Origin: Syncephalis fuscata S228
Lineage: Eukaryota; Fungi; Zoopagomycota
NCBI GenBank assembly: GCA_025786725.1
Contig: JAHLTZ010000007.1
Coordinates: forward strand, 496,001 to 560,000
Direction of reading: 5' to 3'
DNA length: 64,000 nt
Shown here: positions 59,149 through 64,000 of the stretch, piece after piece
Position numbering within the stretch: the stretch's first letter is position 1
Layout: every line of letters begins with the position of its first letter
The notes under the pieces: generated by a model
Seen by the model: only the letters and a program-made list of their open reading frames with translations
The model's database searches: none
Told to the model about the DNA's origin: nothing
Made by a program: the position numbers and the translations under genes

Positions 59149-62100
59149 TTAATCTATAACAGCACATATTTTTGGTACCTATAATTTCACTACTTTTAAT
59201 ATATTTGAATTAATAATAATGCTTATAATGACTTTCTTTTACAAAAAAAATATTTTGCTCAGTATAAGACATTTTTCAAACTATAATGATGCTTTAATAT
59301 GTTTAAGTAATTTTAAATTATATGTTGCTATTAACAGCAAACAGTAAGCGTACTTGAGTAAACATATTAATATTAGTTTATTGCTATACATTTATAGTGC
59401 AGAATACTGCAGACAATGCTTATTATTTAACATTTATTAGTACATTTTAATTGTTAAAATATATACAATTATTAGAAATATTGCAATTACATTAATATTA
59501 ATTATTATAAACACTTTCCTACAACAACCTGTTCAGCTAGAATTATAAAAAATTGGGTCTTTGTATTTAATTAATTCTACTTTATAACAGCTATTAGGCA
59601 TATTAATTACTCACATACAATTGATTGATAATAATATACGTTTGCAATTTAATACTACAGTTTTATTGACTCTCTATTGCACTTTATCGATCATACTATA
59701 ATTAAAAGTACGCTTTTAATACGCATTACTTAATTAAAGAAAAATACACAGACATTTTTTTAAAATGAGTCATTTAAATAAATTTATTTTAAAAGTATGA
59801 TAATTTCTTACTTTTCCCTCTTCTAAACAATCATAAGTTTTAGTACAGCACATATTCAACATGGCATATAAACAAATTAGAAATGCTTTTGCCGTGTCAA
59901 AGAAGCTGAAAATAGCAATGATTGAAGTAATAAAGGTGATTTTCAAACGATAAGATTAAAGAAGAACAATGCAAGAGAGTGTTGGAAATAGTGCTTGTAT
60001 TTAACTAGTAATTAATCAACTACTGATAATATCTAAGTAAAATATATGGAATGTACAAGTATATGCAATGAATATATGTTATCAAGTGTAAAAAAGAGAA
60101 ATGAAAAGGGATGACGTAGATTGTATGTTATGCAATCAGTAAACCGCTTTTATAAGACACAAAGCAAAGTGATGAAATAATATAAGTAAACATTTATTTT
60201 TTGTTTTGGTGATCAAATAACTATTTTTAAAACATCTAATCTATTGAACGTGATAATGGGTAGTGAGTGACATCAATCATCAAAATACTCATTATTGTAT
60301 ATTTATTATACAGTATGCATATAATATCACAATATGTATTATTACTATGTATACTCGCCACTTTGCTTGATTAACACTAAAAACATAATCAATTGATATG
60401 GCTTAATTTATTTATAAATAATTTCAATAAAACATAACTTCGTTCATATTCATATTGTTTTTTTACCAATACAACTTAGTAAACAAACTAAGTGAATATG
60501 TCAATTTTTATTCATAAAAGAGTTGGAATCATACCGACAACGGGTATAGATAGCGTATAGCCAATATATAATAAAATGATAACCTTATAATGAATATGTA
60601 ATATTGAACAAGATTGGCAATGTTAAAGTTATTGAGCATATATGCATGAACAGATGACCGACATTAGTCGACATTTGTTAACAATAAATTTAGAACAAAA
60701 ATAAAAAACAGTTTTGGATAGAGAAAGGCTAGGCGATTATAAAATGATATATAGATTGATAAATATACGTAAGAAAGCATATAAAACGATGTTAAAGCTA
60801 TAGTGCTATAATGCAATGAGTGGAATGAGTGAAGTGTAATGGAACACATAAACAATAGAACATATCTAGTATATCGTAGAATGATATATAGTAGTATGGG
60901 ACAGAATGGGAATGATATAGGTGAATAGAGGATACATGTATACTGAATAATAAATTTATGATAATGAGTATTTTGGACCCTGATGTGAATTACTCCCAGT
61001 TTCATGTTTAATAGAAAGTTTAATTTAAAAGTGTAAATGTTATTAATGTAGTCATTTAACATCCAAATTACATTATTTAATTAATAAAGAATGTAATATA
61101 TACGTCATAAAGTGAATCACATTGTACATAAAAAGAATATGAACAAATTAAAATACAGATGAGGGAATTGTTTAAGTGGTGGAATAAAAGAAAGAATAAA
61201 ATCAATAGCATAAAAGCAAATATAATTATAGAATATGCCATCAGTAAAACAATGAGTGTAATAAGAAGAATAGATAACGAACAATAAAGACAAATATATT
61301 CATAGAACAATGTCATTGGTAAAAATAAGAATAAGAACATTAATGCATAAGCAAATGTTATTATCATATAACATGATATTATAATTGACAGCTAAACTTG
61401 TAAGCATTAGATTTAGTATATAAGCACCAATATTTATTAAATGTTAAATAAAATTGTAAACATACCTATTCTAAACTACACCTTTGTAAATAGAACCAAC
61501 TATAATGTTGCAACCCACTGATTATTTTTAGCAAATATATAAGTTGTGTTTATTTAGTATTCTTAATAAAACTGATCACTGTTAGAATACTAAAATACAA
61601 CCTTGTACAACTGGCCTTGTTTGCTTGCGAGTATGATGTTGGGGCATGCAGTAAACTTGATCAAGTACATGTTCATCAAGTAAATTTATAACCGGTTTTT
61701 CCTAAACCGTTTGGATGGCCACATGCAATCTTGTTCACTAAAGTCGTTCTGTGCCGAATAAGCGCTTTCATTCTAATTCTATACCGCCTGATTCATCAAT
61801 ACCTTTGTCATTCATAGTCAAGCCTGCAATGTTACTTTAAGACGTTTAAACGTACTGGTAAAGAGTCATTGCGACTTGCAGGTTTGGTAAAAAGTTGCTT
61901 TTTGCCAATATTAATATCGGCTTAATATCTTTACCATCATTGCCGCTCTCTTTTTGTATTCAGCGCTTACTTCTAGTCAGTCATCATACCTGCTATTCTT
62001 TGTATTGAACTTGTTTGCAGAACATTTTTATAGCCTAGAATCCCGTATTATAATTATATTTGCGCGGTCGCAGGTTCGTCCGCTTGACGTTTTGCGACCG

Positions 62101-62252
62101 CGTTACTTAATATCGACAACTATTTTGTACTGTGTTTATCTTCCACAAAAAATTGATACTAGCCAGTTTATTTCATATTATACTATGGCATTTGCTGTTT
62201 ATCCAAGCAATGGCCTCTGGAAAAAACTAAATATTTTATTAACATCTTCTTT

Positions 62253-64000
62253 TTGGATCCATTTACTCGCACAACGTCACGAGCGCTGGCGGATCAAAAA
62301 ACACCCGATTCAGCGATAGATATGAGTGGCCAAAGCACCATGTCTTTTTCCAATGCTCCATCAGAGGGACATAATAACTCGCCTTATGGTATTGAGTACT
62401 CTGCGATTAACATTGCAGCGTTAGCTGTTATAGTGGCTTTATCGTCTGCCAGCGCAGCAGTTTTCTATAGACTACGGGATGCGCCATCAATTCGATATCG
62501 ATTGCCGTTCGATTCACTGTTATTTGTATTTTGTGGCACCTTACTCTGTACCTTAATTTTCCTTCGCGAAGCATTAATACCTCATTTTCCGTGCTGGGTT
62601 CTTTTATGGGGAGCGTACATTTTGCTTCCACTTTGTTTTTGGCTATCAGTAGCACGTATCAGCATGCTTGTGGCGGTCTACCGCATTAATGAAGCATCAG
62701 CAGCTCGTATTGCATGGCAACTTCAATTGAGATCGAACAATTGTCGTATGGCTGCTGCAGCTACCATTGTCGATGAACATCGCAATACTATCATCTCATT
62801 TGATGAAACCAGGCTTTCCACGAAGCCATCGCAGACATCACTAGAAACCGATACACAGGAAATGCAACGGCTTGTTAAATCCGATCGAATTGCCGTTACC
62901 AATACGAGTGCATCGCCGTTGAGAAACTCGGTGCTATGTAAACCGGCAATTGACGAAACATATGCCCAGTCAAGCGGAGGATGGTCGCATAGATCTTTTG
63001 TTACACTCAATCAGCCATCATTTGATCCAGCAGCGAGCGATCCTCCACAGCGTAGTCGATCAGTTGTTTTTTGGGAAAAATATCGTACTTTGCAATCGGC
63101 ACGTAATCGCTTTATTTATTTAACCGCTTATCTAGCCATCATGGTATCTATATTATTAATCATTCATATTTATTCAAGCGAGAATTCATTCACCAAAATG
63201 GATACTGGAGATAACAAATGCATTACTGGATGGGAACGTTATTTGCTTTATGTAATCATTAGTGTTTACACTGTAGTTGCGCAACCGGCAACACTGTATC
63301 TTGCACGCAATATTAGAGATAACTTTAGCATTTGGTTTGAATGCCTCATTACCGCAATTTTAACTTTCATTTTGTATAGTGCTTATCTTGTCTTGCTTTT
63401 TATCCCTTCATATGTTTCAGTGCACTTTATGGCCTATCTTTTCGTAGCTCAAGTTGTAATGACACAAGCTGTATCAATTTTTCGACCTGCTTTAAATGAG
63501 TGGCAGCAGCGCGGCCGTGTTAAACGGCTTCAGGATGTAAATAATGGCAGTATATCACGCACTAGCTTCCGCTCTATGATTGACGATACATTTTTATTTA
63601 ACCAGGTATGTTAACAATAATTACAAGGTTATTAAAATACTAATGTTTAATTAACTAGTTTAAAGAGTTTACATTGCGAGACTTTAGTATTGAAAATGTT
63701 CTGTTTATTGAAGCATGTATTGCTGTGTTGGCCATTTTACATTCAGATATGGCACGTAGTCTTGGGCTGCCTCCAGACACCGCACCATCTGCCCTTACAG
63801 TGGGTGTGTTACGTCGTGCACATACAGTTGCAGAAACAAGTGCTCATGGCCGATCGATGCGACAGCTGAACGTGGCAAGTTTCAACGTAAATTTTCTTCT
63901 TATCATGAAATATCCAAAAGACATAATGAGTCAGCCGATATGTTGGTTTCATGTGAAGTCTGGCATAGACTACAGCTTATTCACGAGATATTTTTATCGG
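62253..64000 (+). CDS. 7TM-RGS protein, copy 2 (3'-truncated by the window; start uncertain, first in-frame ATG 62321)
   Basis: TM helices with FPCWVLLW, IRDNFSIWFE, then FRSMIDD...FNQ|FKEFTLRDFSIENVLFIEAC. Same intron position in the RGS box as copy 1. Confidence 0.85.

Noticed and set aside
60664-61367. Hydrophobic minus-strand ORFs as membrane proteins or a NUMT
   Set aside because: They are a by-product of T-rich composition, with no recognisable mitochondrial or other motifs.

Overview
AT-rich, intron-dense eukaryotic DNA with short GT-AG introns and CTAAY/CTGAY branch points. The gene content points to an early-diverging fungus; a Zoopagales parasite such as Syncephalis is plausible but is an inference. 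The left ~41 kb is mostly housekeeping: CET1-like RNA triphosphatase, DUS3, INO80, a P450, an SR-rich protein, an orphan 7TM gene with a tandem pseudogene, RACK1 with an intronic U24 snoRNA, a BRPF/NTO1-like gene, an SSX2IP/Msd1-like gene, and two divergent GRAM-TBC-EF-hand Rab-GAP paralogs flanking a Lines-like gene. The right ~23 kb is gene-sparse and accessory: secreted proteins, a Fanzor/TnpB relic, an expansin-like gene, an MFS pump, an F-box gene and two 7TM-RGS genes. Headline: the apparent 81-bp minisatellite at 41.3-43.5 kb, missed by the ORF track, reads on the minus strand as a 30-exon gene. A signal-peptide exon is followed by 28 micro-exons (26 of 3 nt, 2 of 6 nt). Spliced by hand, it encodes a 64-aa precursor whose predicted mature peptide DFNSCVDQCYRTNPNPIYPNLFLCRSRCRINNP has a CX3C-X14-CX3C (alpha-hairpinin-like) pattern. 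The loop between the two Cys pairs is encoded by the youngest repeat units. Scattered single-base frameshifts in otherwise intact genes look like assembly errors. All gene models were spliced by eye and no searches were run.
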